Assembly (NCBI GenBank): GCA_020724885.1
Contig: DYGD01000002.1
Coordinates: 3,038 to 67,037, forward strand
From: Candidatus Paceibacter sp.
GTDB lineage: Bacteria > Patescibacteriota > Minisyncoccia > Phycocordibacterales > BOKC01
Length of the DNA: 64,000 bases
Reading direction: 5' to 3'
The position numbers and the translations under genes were made by a program. Each line of letters starts with the position of its first letter. Positions within the stretch are counted from its first letter, which is position 1. The notes under the pieces were generated by a model. The model did not search any database. It worked only from the letters and a program-made list of their open reading frames with translations, and was not told the DNA's origin. Of this stretch, positions 9,933 through 20,852 are shown in pieces.

Positions 9933-11318
9933 CTAAGAATTATCTACTTCTCTTGTAATAATCTCCACCACCGTCGGTGCTTCTTTGCAGATTTTTTCAG
10001 CCAAGGAGCTGAAAACCGGAAACAGGTCGGAGGAATTGGTGGCACCAAAATAATATTCCGGGCTATGGGCAATCTCCCTCAAGAAATCTTCGTCAATCTG
10101 TTCTTGGCCAAGACCGACCACAAACATCACAGCGCCGACATCTTTAATTGCCAGAGAAATTTCCTTGGCAAGGTAAATCGGATAATCTGGCTGTCCAGTC
10201 ATTTTAGGGTGAGTCGGCACGCCATCGGTAAACAAAACAACCGCTTTTTCGTTTTGGCTTCGTTCAAGTTCAAAAAGAGCAAGCTCCAGACCTTCAGCAA
10301 TATTGGTTTCTTGAGTCCAGACCTCGTCAGGAGTTTCAGCTTTAACAGATATTTTATCCACAGCGTCCTTCGCGCTGGCCGGATCGCCAACCAAAGAAAT
10401 ATCAAGACTGGCTTCTGTCGCAAATGACACTAAACCCACCCTAACATTTGAAAAAAGCTTCTCCAAAAAGCCGAGAGCCGCCCTTTTGGCAGAATTGAGG
10501 GGTTCGGGATTATCAAGATCCCAGTTGTCAAAGACCATACTCCCCGACCTGTCAAAAACCAACATTAAATCAACCGGATTCTCGCATACAAACTCCTGAA
10601 CTTCAAACGGCCTAGGCCAGGTAAAGACAAAACTTTCTCTTGCTCCGGTCCGAAAATCATCAATAAAAGTTCTAGAAGCTCCGATGGCGTTTTTGTTGCC
10701 ATCAAAGACCAGAGCGGCGACCTCTAGCCGATCAATATTAAAAATAGAGACGTTTTCCAGTTGGACATCAAGCCGTGGCGCGCTATCTTCTGCAGTTAAA
10801 TTTTTCCTACCAACCATAATGTCCGGCTGAACACTTTCGTCTTTGTACCAAACAACTTCTTCCAAAAAGATAAAATCAGTCCTAGCAACTCTGCCGTCCG
10901 TCCGGATATTTGGCTCAAAGACAACCGCATTGCGACTATTTGGTATTGAAATTTCACCCCCAGCTTCAGACAAAACTGCGCCGAAAGAATCCAACAATCT
11001 AAACCGGTAAGAAACTTTTTCGGTTGAAGAATTAAAGTTTGGATTCTCCAGAAAAGCGACCGCGCTATAAATCCCCGGGGAAACCTCAAAGGCCCGACTC
11101 CAATGAACAATCGGCTCTCTCACCTCAAAAGGACAAAGTTGCAAACACTCTCCGCCACAGTCAATCCCCAGCTCGCCCTGATTTTGAATGCCGTCAAAAC
11201 AGGTTGGCTTCTGATAAGAAAAAATAAAATAGACGGAAAAAACTATAACAAAAAGCGCGGCAAAAATTACCGACAAATATGTTAATTTCCTTTTAACCGG
11301 CCATTCAAGCGGCTGCAT
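9933..11318 (-). CDS. Membrane-anchored von Willebrand factor A domain protein
   Basis: N-terminal TM; Cys-rich segment CFDGIQNQGELGIDCGGECLQLC; vWA MIDAS motif LVFDRSGSM. Confidence 0.7.
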   Translation of the reverse strand: MQPLEWPVKRKLTYLSVIFAALFVIVFSVYFIFSYQKPTCFDGIQNQGELGIDCGGECLQLCPFEVREPIVHWSRAFEVSPGIYSAVAFLENPNFNSSTEKVSYRFRLLDSFGAVLSEAGGEISIPNSRNAVVFEPNIRTDGRVARTDFIFLEEVVWYKDESVQPDIMVGRKNLTAEDSAPRLDVQLENVSIFNIDRLEVAALVFDGNKNAIGASRTFIDDFRTGARESFVFTWPRPFEVQEFVCENPVDLMLVFDRSGSMVFDNWDLDNPEPLNSAKRAALGFLEKLFSNVRVGLVSFATEASLDISLVGDPASAKDAVDKISVKAETPDEVWTQETNIAEGLELALFELERSQNEKAVVLFTDGVPTHPKMTGQPDYPIYLAKEISLAIKDVGAVMFVVGLGQEQIDEDFLREIAHSPEYYFGATNSSDLFPVFSSLAEKICKEAPTVVEIITREVDNS

Positions 11319-11351
11319 ATAAAAAGAATTATATCAAAAAAAGTCTCGTCT

Positions 11352-11462
11352 GGGTCTTGAGCGCTTTGTGTTGGCGACTAGCTACTCTCCCCTTGCGAGT
11401 ACCATCGCCACTACTGTGCTTAACTTCCGAGTTCGGAATGGAATCGGGTGTACCCACAGCGT
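11352..11462 (-). rRNA. rrf: 5S rRNA
   Basis: Minus-strand sequence CCGATTCCATTCCGAACTCGGAAGTTAAGCACAGTAGTGGCGATGGTACTCGCAAGGGGAGAGTAG matches the 5S consensus. Confidence 0.85.
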
Positions 11463-11852
11463 TTAATCACCAACACAAAAAACTCAAGATTCCAAGAACA
11501 AAAACAGGCAAAACTTTGATTGCATAAAAGAGAGCAAAACCTTGCGATTTTCAAATTTCCCGATGAGATTGATTTATTAGTACGCCTCGGCTCAACACAT
11601 TACTGTGCTTACACCTGGCGCCTATCAACGTGATCATCTCTCACGAATCTTAATGATTCCTAATCTTGGGGTGGGCTTCCCTCTTAGATGCTTTCAGAGG
11701 TTATCCCTTCCGAACTTAGCTACCCAGCGGTGCTCCTGGCGGAACAGCTGGTAGACCAGAGGTTCGTTCCTCGAGGTCCTCTCGTACTATCGAGAACTCC
11801 CCTCAAGAATCAACGCCTGCAGTAGATAGGAGACCAACCTGTCTCACGCAAA

Positions 11853-12160
11853 AGTAGCTCACTAGGCGCTAGGCTTTGGACCTTAGGATCTAGGAACACC
11901 GCCGTTACCGGCGGGATCGGACGATACACTCGCGGTCAATCCGCGGTTGGTTTGTCGTCTCTACAAGGATTTTACTCCTCTCGGTGTTGTCCTTCTAAGG
12001 ATTCCACCGATAACCCCAACTTGTCACTGAATTAGATTCAGTGCCGCCGTGATTTGATTGGTTTCTATCTCTATTCGTAGACGAAAAGTTCGATTACGTC
12101 GTTATGAGCGGATTCAGACGGTACTTATACCGATACTTGACAAAATCTATTTTTATCAGT
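11853..12160 (-). mobile_element. ORF-less intron-like insertion (~305 nt) in 23S near E. coli site ~2585-2593
   Basis: Exon reads GCTGGGTTCAGACCGT [insert] CGTGAGACAGGTTGG versus contiguous E. coli GCTGGGTTTAGAACGTCGTGAGACAGTTCGG. Confidence 0.6.
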
Positions 12161-12289
12161 ATAACTACGGTCTGAACCCAGCTCGCGTACCTTTTTAATT
12201 GGCGAACAGCCAAACCCTTGGAAGCTTCTCCACCTCCAGGATAAGGTGAGCCGACCACTTTCAATCCCCATGTTGCCATGGGAGCAGAC

Positions 12290-13140
12290 TATACCTTTGC
12301 TTATATCCTAACTATAAGCACCAGCGTGTTATGGCAATGTTTTATCAAATTTAATTGAGGCATTTGCCATCTGTTCACTTAAGAACAAGTCGTTACGGGG
12401 CAATACAACCAATCTTGTATTCCATCGGATGGACGATGTATGGTTTTATAAGATTAATCATTTTGAGAGTTTCGGATTTATTTGCATACATCCGAAATCC
12501 TTTGTCACGATCCTTATGGTGAACCATTTGAATACCAAATTTTTTATAAATAGCATTTTCAAGAATTTTTATTTCCTCTAGCACAAAAGAATAAGTGCTG
12601 ATATCAATAATCCCTTTGTTAAAGGATCCGTCGTCCATAATCCATACTGCCATAGATTGAGGATTGAGATCGACTCCGATATCTTTTGGAATTATTTTCC
12701 TACCAACCCTATATCCATCCCCAACATAAAACCTATTGTAGATTTTTGTTAATAATGGATGTCTCACTGTCCTAAACCACCAAGATTTTCGATATTTACT
12801 TCCATTTTCATCATATCGATAACTTATCTTTGGTTCAGTTAGTACCAGGTCTTTCAATACAGAATACTTATACTCTGTATATTCTTTTTGAGCTAATCCC
12901 TGTTCTATTTTGAAGTTAGCATTTACTGCTCCCTTCCCCATTCTCATTGTTCCATCCCCAAGCAAACAACCCACTAAAAGTGAAAGTTGCTCGTCAGTCA
13001 GAAACATTTTTTCTTTAACGGGAATTAAATCCTTGTGCCAATATTTTGTTGCATAGCTTCCCACGGTGTTGACCATACTATAACGCGAATTATAACATGG
13101 CTTTCTCCGTTATGAGCTGATTTAATGTGCATGAAAAATC
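12290..13140 (-). mobile_element. Intron in 23S (near E. coli ~2500, after GGCACCTCGAT) carrying a LAGLIDADG ORF
   Basis: Exon AACAGGCTGGTTCCGCCTAAGAGTCCATATCGACGGCGGAGTTCGGCACCTCGAT is interrupted and resumes at TCGGCTCACC ~12285. Confidence 0.65.
12393..13076 (-). CDS. LAGLIDADG homing endonuclease (intron-encoded)
   Basis: Motifs LLVGCLLGDGTM and AVWIMDDGSF. Confidence 0.8.
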   Translation of the reverse strand: MVNTVGSYATKYWHKDLIPVKEKMFLTDEQLSLLVGCLLGDGTMRMGKGAVNANFKIEQGLAQKEYTEYKYSVLKDLVLTEPKISYRYDENGSKYRKSWWFRTVRHPLLTKIYNRFYVGDGYRVGRKIIPKDIGVDLNPQSMAVWIMDDGSFNKGIIDISTYSFVLEEIKILENAIYKKFGIQMVHHKDRDKGFRMYANKSETLKMINLIKPYIVHPMEYKIGCIAP

Positions 13141-13289
13141 ATACACACGAGAGAATTGTTCGTATTCTCCCCCTCGACATTCGGTATCTATCGAGGTGCC
13201 GAACTCCGCCGTCGATATGGACTCTTAGGCGGAACCAGCCTGTTCATTGTTTTAGCTGGTGAATAGACTATATCATCACCCCGCCTTGG

Positions 13290-14170
13290 CGGGGGACGGC
13301 GTATTAGTATAAATTCTTGTTCGATAGAAATTTATACTCCATTCACAAAAAGTGAATGAGTCGTTACGGGGTCAAAGAGGTGTTTGATTCTCCTAATTTG
13401 TATTGCATTGAAGGTATAACATATTCTCGAATTAGTTCGTGGAGCTTTTTTGTTTCGTTCACTCCAAAAAATAATGCGTAACCCTTCTCTTTTTTGTCGT
13501 AAATTTTTGGTTTTAGGTCAAAATTTTCGACTATTGCATTTTCTAACAATGAAGACTCTTTTTGGGATACTCTGCCGAGATAAATATAGCTAGATTTATC
13601 TCTCAAGTAGTAGTATCCGTCATCCATATACCAAACCGCCAAAGCCAATGGAGCAGTTAATAATTCGGAAATATTTTTCGGCACTTTCTTTTTGCCATCT
13701 TCGTAGAAAATATTTCTCCATTTGCCGATCTCTGGCGAAGCATTGGACTGCCATCGCCAATATCCGTATTGCTTTCTGGTAATCGGATGAATTCTTTCTA
13801 GATGAGACGGTTTTCCTTGGAAAAGGCGCGGGAATTGACTTCCCTTCCAGATTAAATAATCTTTCTGCTTTTCTCCCTGCTCAAATCTAATTCTCGCGTT
13901 TTGAGAACCAGTTTTTTGCAGAAACGCGTCTCCCAACACAGAACCTATTATTATAGATTCCTGCCTTTTGGTTAATTTCATTGTGTTTACATTTTATCAC
14001 CTCTCGACTTCCCACGGGATTGTGCACTCTAAAACTCTTTTGTAAGAGAGACCTGTGCGTTTCCCCCGTTATAAGCCGTTCTTATTCCTGCTCTTGTGGA
14101 TCAAGAAAACAGGAACGCAAGATTTAATCTCGCTTCTCCGCAGATTACTCTGCGGGAGGACAACAAACGC
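13290..14170 (-). mobile_element. Intron in 23S (near E. coli ~2449, after CCCCGGGGA) carrying a LAGLIDADG ORF
   Basis: Exon ...GGATAAAAGCTACCCCGGGGA at ~14171-14200; exon resumes at AACAGGCTGG ~13250. Confidence 0.65.
13364..13981 (-). CDS. LAGLIDADG homing endonuclease (intron-encoded)
   Basis: Motifs IIIGSVLGDAFL and AVWYMDDGYY. Confidence 0.8.
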   Translation of the reverse strand: MKLTKRQESIIIGSVLGDAFLQKTGSQNARIRFEQGEKQKDYLIWKGSQFPRLFQGKPSHLERIHPITRKQYGYWRWQSNASPEIGKWRNIFYEDGKKKVPKNISELLTAPLALAVWYMDDGYYYLRDKSSYIYLGRVSQKESSLLENAIVENFDLKPKIYDKKEKGYALFFGVNETKKLHELIREYVIPSMQYKLGESNTSLTP

Positions 14171-14363
14171 CTTATTTCAGGCGTCATCCCCGGGGTAGCT
14201 TTTATCCGATAATCTTTGGCCGCATCTAAAGCGCGCCAGCGGTTCACTTAGCCCTGCTTTCGCATCTGCTTGAGACGTACCTCTCACAGTTAAGCCAGCT
14301 TATGCCTATACACTATCGGCACGGTTTCCATTCGCGCCTAGCTGACCTTAATGGACTCCTCCG

Positions 14364-14996
14364 TTACTTTTTAGGCAATGTGTTACCCAATTTATATTTC
14401 ATAGAAGGAAGAATGTGCGGCTTAATAAGTTCCTTGAACTTTTTGGCTGACTGAGATTGTATATACAATCTCCAATACTTCCCTTTTTGCTTATGAAGTG
14501 ATGTTTGAAGATCAAACTTATTCTTTAAGATACTCTGAATGCCTTCTAACTCATCTCTACCGTATCCAAGCGTGTGTATTACATATGTTTGATGTCGAGT
14601 AGATTTGAGCGAACCATCATCCATAAACCAGATCGCCAAGCTTAGAGGAGTAAACAACTTCTCAACCACTGTTGGAATAATTTTCTTACCTTCTTGATAA
14701 AAAATCCTTCCAAAACTTCTGAATGCTTCGTGAGAATATGTTCTCACTCCTACATACACCTTTCCATTTTTAACCTTTGTGTATGGTGTGCTTGGTATCC
14801 ATGATTTTAACTCTCGGTAAAGCCATACCAAATATTCATTTTGAGCACCACAGTGTTCAATCTTCAATCTATATGTCTCACCTTTATCCTGAGTCTCAAG
14901 ATGACCGTCTCCAAGTAAAGTGCCAACGATTATTTCTTGCTGGCGCTTCGTCAAGACTAAGCTCTTCTTGAGTTCGCGGATAGCTTTAGTATTCAT
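14364..14996 (-). CDS. LAGLIDADG homing endonuclease (intron-encoded; stop codon lies ~10 nt inside the downstream 23S exon)
   Basis: Motifs IIVGTLLGDGHL and AIWFMDDGSL. Last codons cct aaa aag taa overlap exon sequence CCUAAAAAGUAACGGAGG. Confidence 0.8.
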   Translation of the reverse strand: MNTKAIRELKKSLVLTKRQQEIIVGTLLGDGHLETQDKGETYRLKIEHCGAQNEYLVWLYRELKSWIPSTPYTKVKNGKVYVGVRTYSHEAFRSFGRIFYQEGKKIIPTVVEKLFTPLSLAIWFMDDGSLKSTRHQTYVIHTLGYGRDELEGIQSILKNKFDLQTSLHKQKGKYWRLYIQSQSAKKFKELIKPHILPSMKYKLGNTLPKK

Positions 14997-15355
14997 CGGG
15001 TTCTTGTTTTCACAAGACTCACTGTCGCCAGTGAGATCGGACTATATCTTCATCCTTAATTATAAAGGATGGTTGGTGTTTAGTCTCTACGGGTGTTTAT
15101 GTGCTGGATAGTGAGGGGGAGCGTTAACTGGTAACGCTCCCCCTAGTGAACCCGCCAACATGGTATTTGCCGTAGCATGGAGGACGGGATCCACTATTCA
15201 ACACACAAACTTCCCTCGGAATTGTCTCTTTACAGAGAGTTTTTCCGATATGACCAACTTTTTCCGCCCCGATTCACATCGGGGGGTCCCCCTAATTTGT
15301 TTTTTTCGGAGTCGGAGTAACTCCATGAGGCGCCTGATTTCAAGACACGAAAAAT
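14376..15355 (-). mobile_element. Intron in 23S (domain V region ~E. coli 2250s) carrying a LAGLIDADG ORF; contains a 13-bp GC hairpin (gggggagcgttaac/gttaacgctcccc)
   Basis: Exon GTGGGGCGCTTTCCTTC at ~15356-15372; exon resumes at CCTAAAAAGTAACGGAGGAG ~14376. Boundaries approximate. Confidence 0.55.
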
Positions 15356-15689
15356 CATGTCCTGAAGGAAAGCGCCCCACTTAAACTGCCCACCAGATAA
15401 TGTCCCTTGCCGTTTTTGCCGACGAGGTTAGAACATATCCTTTCACAGAGTGGTATTTCACTGGCGACTCCATGCCGACCGAAACCGGCACTTCAAAGTC
15501 TCCCACCTATGCTACGCAGTAAAAAAATAAGCTCAATATCAAGTTGCAGTAAAGCTCCCGGGGTCTTTTCGTCTAACTGCAGGTAACCGGCATCTTCACC
15601 GGTATTGTATTTTCACCGAGCAAGTCCCCGAGACAGTTGCCCACTCGTTACGCCATTCGTGCACGTCTCTAATTAAGAGACAAGGAATT

Positions 15690-15900
15690 ACGCTCTTCTA
15701 TCCCTTTAACAGAAGGACCATGTCTTCATCTCTGCTTATTAAGCAGAGCGCACGGCGTATGGCCTCTCATATGAGCCGTGATTGGACTATTCTTGTGTCA
15801 CCACAAGAAAGGTAGCTTTCGCATAATTTATTTGTTTATCTCCATAACGATCCCAGTCCTTCTGATTCCCTTAAAAAGAGAATCAGAACCTTAGGATCGT
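15690..15900 (-). mobile_element. ORF-less intron-like insertion (~215 nt) at the classic 23S site 1917 (after CCUAAGGU)
   Basis: Exon GTCGGTCGTAACTATAACGATCCTAAGGT [insert] AGAAGAGCGTAATTCCTTGTC versus contiguous E. coli sequence. Confidence 0.6.
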
Positions 15901-16077
15901 TATAGTTACGACCGACATTCACCAGGGCTTATAACAATCACCAATACATCTTGCGACATATCAACGTCGTTACTTGACCTTCTGGCATTGGTCAGGCGTC
16001 ACCCCCTATACATCCTCTTGCGAGTTCGCAGGGAGCTGTGTTTTTGATAAACAGTCGGCAGGCATACTTTAGCTGCG

Positions 16078-16221
16078 GCCCCCGACACCAACTTTGGCAT
16101 CGTTGCATTGTGTGTTTTCGTAATTTTTGTCGCAATACTTCAGATTTTAAGTAAGAAATTATTACTTACTTTAATCTTTGGAGTTGCAACAAAAACACAA
16201 TGCCAAAGTTGGCGTCGGGGG
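16078..16221 (-). ncRNA. ~145-nt stem-loop insertion / intervening sequence in 23S (variable helix near E. coli ~1720-1750) closed by a 22-bp stem
   Basis: cccccgacaccaactttggcat ... atgccaaagttggcgtcggggg inverted repeat (one G-U); the closing stem and ~40 nt of loop are similar to the element at 18655..18797. Confidence 0.55.
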
Positions 16222-17501
16222 CAGGCCTTATTGCGAACTTACGGCCGCTTTTTTGCCGAGTTCCTTGGGGACCTCTCACTCGTTCGCCTTGGTCTTCTCG
16301 ACCTGACTACCTGTGTCGGTTTTGCGGTACGGTTTGAATCTGCTTAACCTTAGAAGTTTTTCTTGGAAGCGCGCTTTACAAAATTTGATCACCCGAAGGT
16401 TCACATTTTCGTTCTGCTTGGGTTTGTGCCTCCCGGATTTTCCTGGGAAACGCCCTCACAGCGCGAACATAAATCCAATAATATGCTTTGTATACTGCAC
16501 TCCGTCCCTCCATCGAAACAAATTCAAGTCACGGAATATTAACCGTGTGTCCATCACCTTCGGCTTTCGCCATCGGCTTAGGCCCGACTAACCCTTCCCT
16601 GATTATCATCGGGAAGGAAACCTTAGTCTTTCGGCGTCCCGGTTTCTCACCGGGATTGCGGTTACTTGTGCCAACATTCTTACTTCCACACGCTCCAGCA
16701 TGGGTTACCCCTTTGCCTTCAACGCAGAGTGGAATACTCTCCTACCACATGTCAATGCGAAGCACTGACACATCCTCAGTTTCGGTATCATGCTTGAGCC
16801 CCGATTATCTTTGGCGCAAAATCTCTGAATAAGTGAGCTGTTACGCTTTCTTTAAAGGATGGCTGCTTCTAAGCCAACCTCCTTATTGTCAGAGAAATCT
16901 TACAACCTTACGCGCACTTAGCATGAATTTAGGGACCTTAACTAGAGATCTGGGCTGTTTCCCTTTTGACCAATGGAGCTTAGCCCCCACAGTCTAACTG
17001 CCAGATTCTGGCTGCGAGTATTCGGAGTTTGATAGGTTTGACGAGGTTTCCCCCTATTCAAACCTTCCAGTGCTCTACCCCCCGCAGAAACATCTGACGC
17101 TAACCCTAAAGCTATTTCGGAGAGAACCAGCTATTACCAAGTTCGATTAGCTTTTCACTGCTTACCACAAGTCATCCGATGGAGTCGCACGACCAACCGG
17201 TTCGGGCCTCCGCACGCCTTTCGGCGCACTTCACCCTGCTCATGGCAAGATCACTTGGCTTCGGGTCTCATGTATACGACTATTATTTCGCGCTTTTAAC
17301 ACTCGGTTTCCCTGTGGCTCCACCCAGTCAAGGGCTTAGCCAGCCGCATACATAAACTCGTTGGCTCATTCTTCAATAGGCACGCCGTGATGGCTCCCCG
17401 CTTTTGAGTTGTAGAAAACTCTACTTCCCAAAAGTGGGGAGCCACTCCGACTCCTTGTAGGCATATGGTTTCAGGTCTATTTCACCGCCCTCACCGGGCT
17501 G

Positions 17502-17541
<40 letters not shown>

Positions 17542-18625
17542 TCTAACGATATTTAGCCTTACCGGTTAGTTCCGGCAGATTCACCCGAGCTATTGATGTC
17601 TCGAGTTACTCAAGAATAGCAACCAAGGAGTTTTTCTTGTTTTCGCCTACAGGGCTATCACCTCCTGGGGCTTCTCTTTCCAGAGAATTCGGCTAACAAA
17701 AAAATATTTTTTACTCCTCTGGCTAGGCCGTGTTGCTATCTTACAACCCCCCTCCCCAGTTTTGAATTATGGAAATTTCCATATCTCAAAACTGGGGAGG
17801 GGTTTGGGCTCTTTCCTTTTCGCTCGCCGCTACTAAGAAAATTCCTATTGGTCTCTTTTCCTCCGGGTACTGAAATGTTTTACTTCCCCGGGTTTGCATC
17901 TCGAACTGGTCGAGATTTCCGCCAAAAGCGGAAGGGTTTCCCCATTCGGACATCTCCGGATCAAAGGTTGCTAGGCACCTCCCCGAAGCATATCGCCGCC
18001 AAGCCGCGTCCTTCATCGCTCGTTAGAACCTAGGCATCCACCATACGCCCTTGAATTCCCATCAGGAAATTCAAAAACCGCTGTCAATGCGAAGCATTGA
18101 CCGCGGACACACGCAGACAGGACGCAGAAATACGCAGAAATCTAACTCGAAACCACATGGCTACGAATCAAGATTCTGCGACCTTCTGCGTTCGTTCTGC
18201 GATATTCTGCGGTCAGTGCTTCGCACTGACATTTTTGCTCTCTTTTATACAATCAATCTGCGCAAAGCGCAGATTTGCCTGTCCCGAAACCCTATCTTCC
18301 GAAAGAATTCCGGGATAATCTGTCTACAACAAATAAAGACCCCTCGACTACGCTCGGAGTAAACTCCTTAGTAATCAAAAGTTTTGTTGTGACAGGATTT
18401 TGTCTGCGATATCGGGCTATGCCCAACTCGCGGAACTTTTGTCAAACAACATTCCTTCATCCATTCTGGCTCTATCTTCCGGCCAAATTTCTGTTGTTTA
18501 ACAGAAATTTGGCCGAGAGACAAAAAAACCGCCTTTTAAGCGGATTTGACTATCACATAACGATAAAATCACCGTCTCCGCTTGAGTTTTGATATTAAAA
18601 AATTTATTAACATAACTTTATTCTA

Positions 18626-18653
18626 ATTATAGGAAACCGAAGAAAGAAGTCAA
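18626..18653 (-). promoter_or_regulatory. Sigma70-like promoter for 23S-5S transcript (TTGACT - 16 nt - TATAAT on minus strand)
   Basis: Reverse complement of 18648..18653 is TTGACT and of 18626..18631 is TATAAT, with 16-nt spacer, ~550 nt upstream of the 23S 5' end. The leader is rich in hairpins (gtcaatgcGAAGcattgac, gtcagtgcTTCGcactgac, atctgcgcAAAgcgcagat, ggccaaatttctgttGTTTaacagaaatttggcc). Confidence 0.55.
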
Positions 18654-18654
18654 G

Positions 18655-18797
18655 CCCCCGCACCTACTTTACCATCGTTGTGTTATGTTTTGAAAAATTT
18701 TTGTCGCACAACTTCAGAACAAGGTGAATAAATTTGTTCTGCTGGAATTCCCTAAATGCAACAAAACACAATGGCAAAGTAGGTGTGGAGGCAAGCC
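18655..18797 (-). repeat. Second copy of the 16078..16221 hairpin element, immediately upstream of the 23S promoter
   Basis: cacctactttaccatcgttgtgtt ... aacacaatggcaaagtaggtg inverted repeat. Internal tttttgtcgcacaacttcaga and gcaacaaaacacaatggcaaagt blocks align with 16120-16215. Confidence 0.55.
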
Positions 18798-18812
18798 CTT
18801 TCCCAGAAGAAA

Positions 18813-18833
18813 GCCCGGGGTATTACCCCGGGC
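18813..18833 (-). terminator. Hairpin gcccggggt-att-accccgggc followed by U-rich tract on minus strand; terminator of gene 18855..19553
   Basis: 9-bp GC stem, then ttctt after the stem on the minus strand. Confidence 0.5.
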
Positions 18834-18854
18834 CTCTCTGCCGGATTTAAGATA

Positions 18855-19553
18855 CTAGTTCTTCTCGGAAATTTCTTCTCTCAACTTAGACAAAAAGTCT
18901 GAAGCCGAATTTTGACCGCCAAGACCAAATGCCAAACCAAGACCCAAAGCTAAAGCGATAATAACTCCAGTAAACAACATTTGAACGAAGTAAGCAGCGA
19001 TTCCAAGTTGTTCCAGAGCAATAAAGACAGCGAAAATCCAGATAGACCATTTAGTTACGCTCCCCAAGAAATTTGCCGCTTTAAGGTGCGCCGAGCGGGC
19101 AGAAGCAGAAACAATCTTTTGCATTACATCAGCAATTACAACAGCAACAAGAAGAATCAACACGGAAACGATAACTTGTGGCAAATAGAACAAAACAACA
19201 TCTTTCAAGAACTCGTTGACTTGGGTCAATCTCAATGTTTCAAAGGCGGCGACAAGAAAGACGATTATTACAAACCACTTCACTAAGCCACCAATAAAGC
19301 GACCAGAGTCAAGACGTACTCCACCCCTTTGTAGCCAACCCTCAAGGCCGGCCTTCCTTAACGCCTCATCAACCTTGAGTGATTTCATAACTTGATAAAC
19401 AACTCTCCCGAAGACGGCCCCCACGAGCCAGCCAACAATGATTATCAGTAAAGCGGTTATTAGCATCGGCAAAAAACCGATAACTCCCGCCCACATATTT
19501 TGGAACGACATTATTATAGTGTCGCTTCCAAAAAAATTTGTAGTTTCAATCAT
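18855..19553 (-). CDS. Membrane protein with repeated conserved-TM-helix units (MscS-associated 'conserved TM helix' type)
   Basis: Several TM helices with repeated xVxxhhxxLxxxL pattern; assignment by pattern only. Confidence 0.45.
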   Translation of the reverse strand: MIETTNFFGSDTIIMSFQNMWAGVIGFLPMLITALLIIIVGWLVGAVFGRVVYQVMKSLKVDEALRKAGLEGWLQRGGVRLDSGRFIGGLVKWFVIIVFLVAAFETLRLTQVNEFLKDVVLFYLPQVIVSVLILLVAVVIADVMQKIVSASARSAHLKAANFLGSVTKWSIWIFAVFIALEQLGIAAYFVQMLFTGVIIALALGLGLAFGLGGQNSASDFLSKLREEISEKN

Positions 19554-19778
19554 ATTTATCGTTTTTTGGGCTAGATTTCTCTAAGAGAAAGAGCCCTTTT
19601 GGATAATTACTGCAATCGCCAGTGCAGTACTTTGGTTAATAACTAATAAAAACTTGCTCAATCATCAAATTATTGAGCCAAATTACTTCAGTGCAATTTT
19701 AACATTTTAAAAGAGGGTAATAGAAAAAGGTGTGGATAACTTCCCATCCTTGCCGAATCCTTTTCTAGTATGAGCACC

Positions 19779-20390
19779 CTATATCTCTACCTCAATCTTA
19801 TTAAGGACCTTTCTGTGCGGGTAATCAAGTACATCCCTGACCAATTTGTCACAAACGCCCAGTCGGTAAAGAAATTCGCTTGTCTCAAAAAAGCTGTATT
19901 TCAGCTCTTTCCCGACCACAGATTCAATTTCGGACATAATTGAGTTCACAACCGGCCTTTTCAGCTTGTCGCCGACAACCAGAACATCTAATCGGCTCTC
20001 CCAATCTTGTATAAAAACCCCAGACAAGATGACGAGTTTTATAATACCTGCCCGTTTGATCTTCTCTACAATCTCTTGATATTGAGTCGGCGGAATATGG
20101 ACCAGAAAATTCTGTAGTGGCTCCAGAAAAGGAAATTTATCGTTTAAAATCCAGCCCTGAATTCTCTTTTTCCTCGGTTTTTTTGCAACCAAAATTTCCC
20201 TAGTAAAATACTTTCTTCTTATCAAACCGACTCTTTCCAAATTAGAAATTTCAGACCTGATTTTCCCCGATTGGACCTTGGTTCTGGCCGTAATCTCCTT
20301 GGCATCAAAAACCGCTTGAGGGTTAAAAAGAAAAAGTCGCATCAATTTGACCTTTTGCGAACTCCCGAATATCTTTTCTAAGGTGTCCAT
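19779..20390 (-). CDS. Hypothetical protein with N-terminal winged-HTH-like region
   Basis: KLMRLFLFNPQAVFDAKEITARTKVQSGKIRSEISNLERVGLIRRK resembles wHTH; C-terminal part uncharacterised. Confidence 0.4.
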   Translation of the reverse strand: MDTLEKIFGSSQKVKLMRLFLFNPQAVFDAKEITARTKVQSGKIRSEISNLERVGLIRRKYFTREILVAKKPRKKRIQGWILNDKFPFLEPLQNFLVHIPPTQYQEIVEKIKRAGIIKLVILSGVFIQDWESRLDVLVVGDKLKRPVVNSIMSEIESVVGKELKYSFFETSEFLYRLGVCDKLVRDVLDYPHRKVLNKIEVEI

Positions 20391-20449
20391 CCTCTAATAT
20401 TACCATAATAAATTGCCTTCGTGGCTTTATAGAGGTAACATATGAATGA

Positions 20450-20770
20450 ATGACTAGTGAATATTTTAGAGAATTTCTGGCAGAAATCAACGGCCTAGAA
20501 CAGGTCTGGAAGAGCGACTCCGAAAATGCCAAATGGTCCGGCGGAGTCAGAATTTTTGTCAGCGTTTTGAAAAAAGATGGACGATACGAAATCAGGACCG
20601 GGACTGAAGACGAGGCCGAACTAGACAAGCAATTATCAGGCAAGGGGTTGGGTAGCTGGCAAGAGGTAGCTCCAACCATCCAAATTGCCGATAATGAAGA
20701 GAAAGCGGTTGAAATCGCCCAAAAAATGATTGAGGACAAGGATAACTGGCTCTCCGAAAATTACAATTAA
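20450..20770 (+). CDS. Hypothetical acidic protein
   Basis: Hydrophilic ORF with plausible composition; the antisense overlapping ORF was rejected. Confidence 0.4.
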   Translation: MTSEYFREFLAEINGLEQVWKSDSENAKWSGGVRIFVSVLKKDGRYEIRTGTEDEAELDKQLSGKGLGSWQEVAPTIQIADNEEKAVEIAQKMIEDKDNWLSENYN

Positions 20771-20852
20771 AATCCACCGAATAGGTGGATTTTAATACTG
20801 GCACAGAATTCCCCGATGCTCTGCATCGGGTTTCAGGCAGGGCTAAACTTTA

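Noticed and set aside
20323-20739. 138-aa minus-strand ORF
   Set aside because: Ser-rich junk-like translation; it overlaps both 19779..20390 and the better plus-strand ORF 20450..20770.
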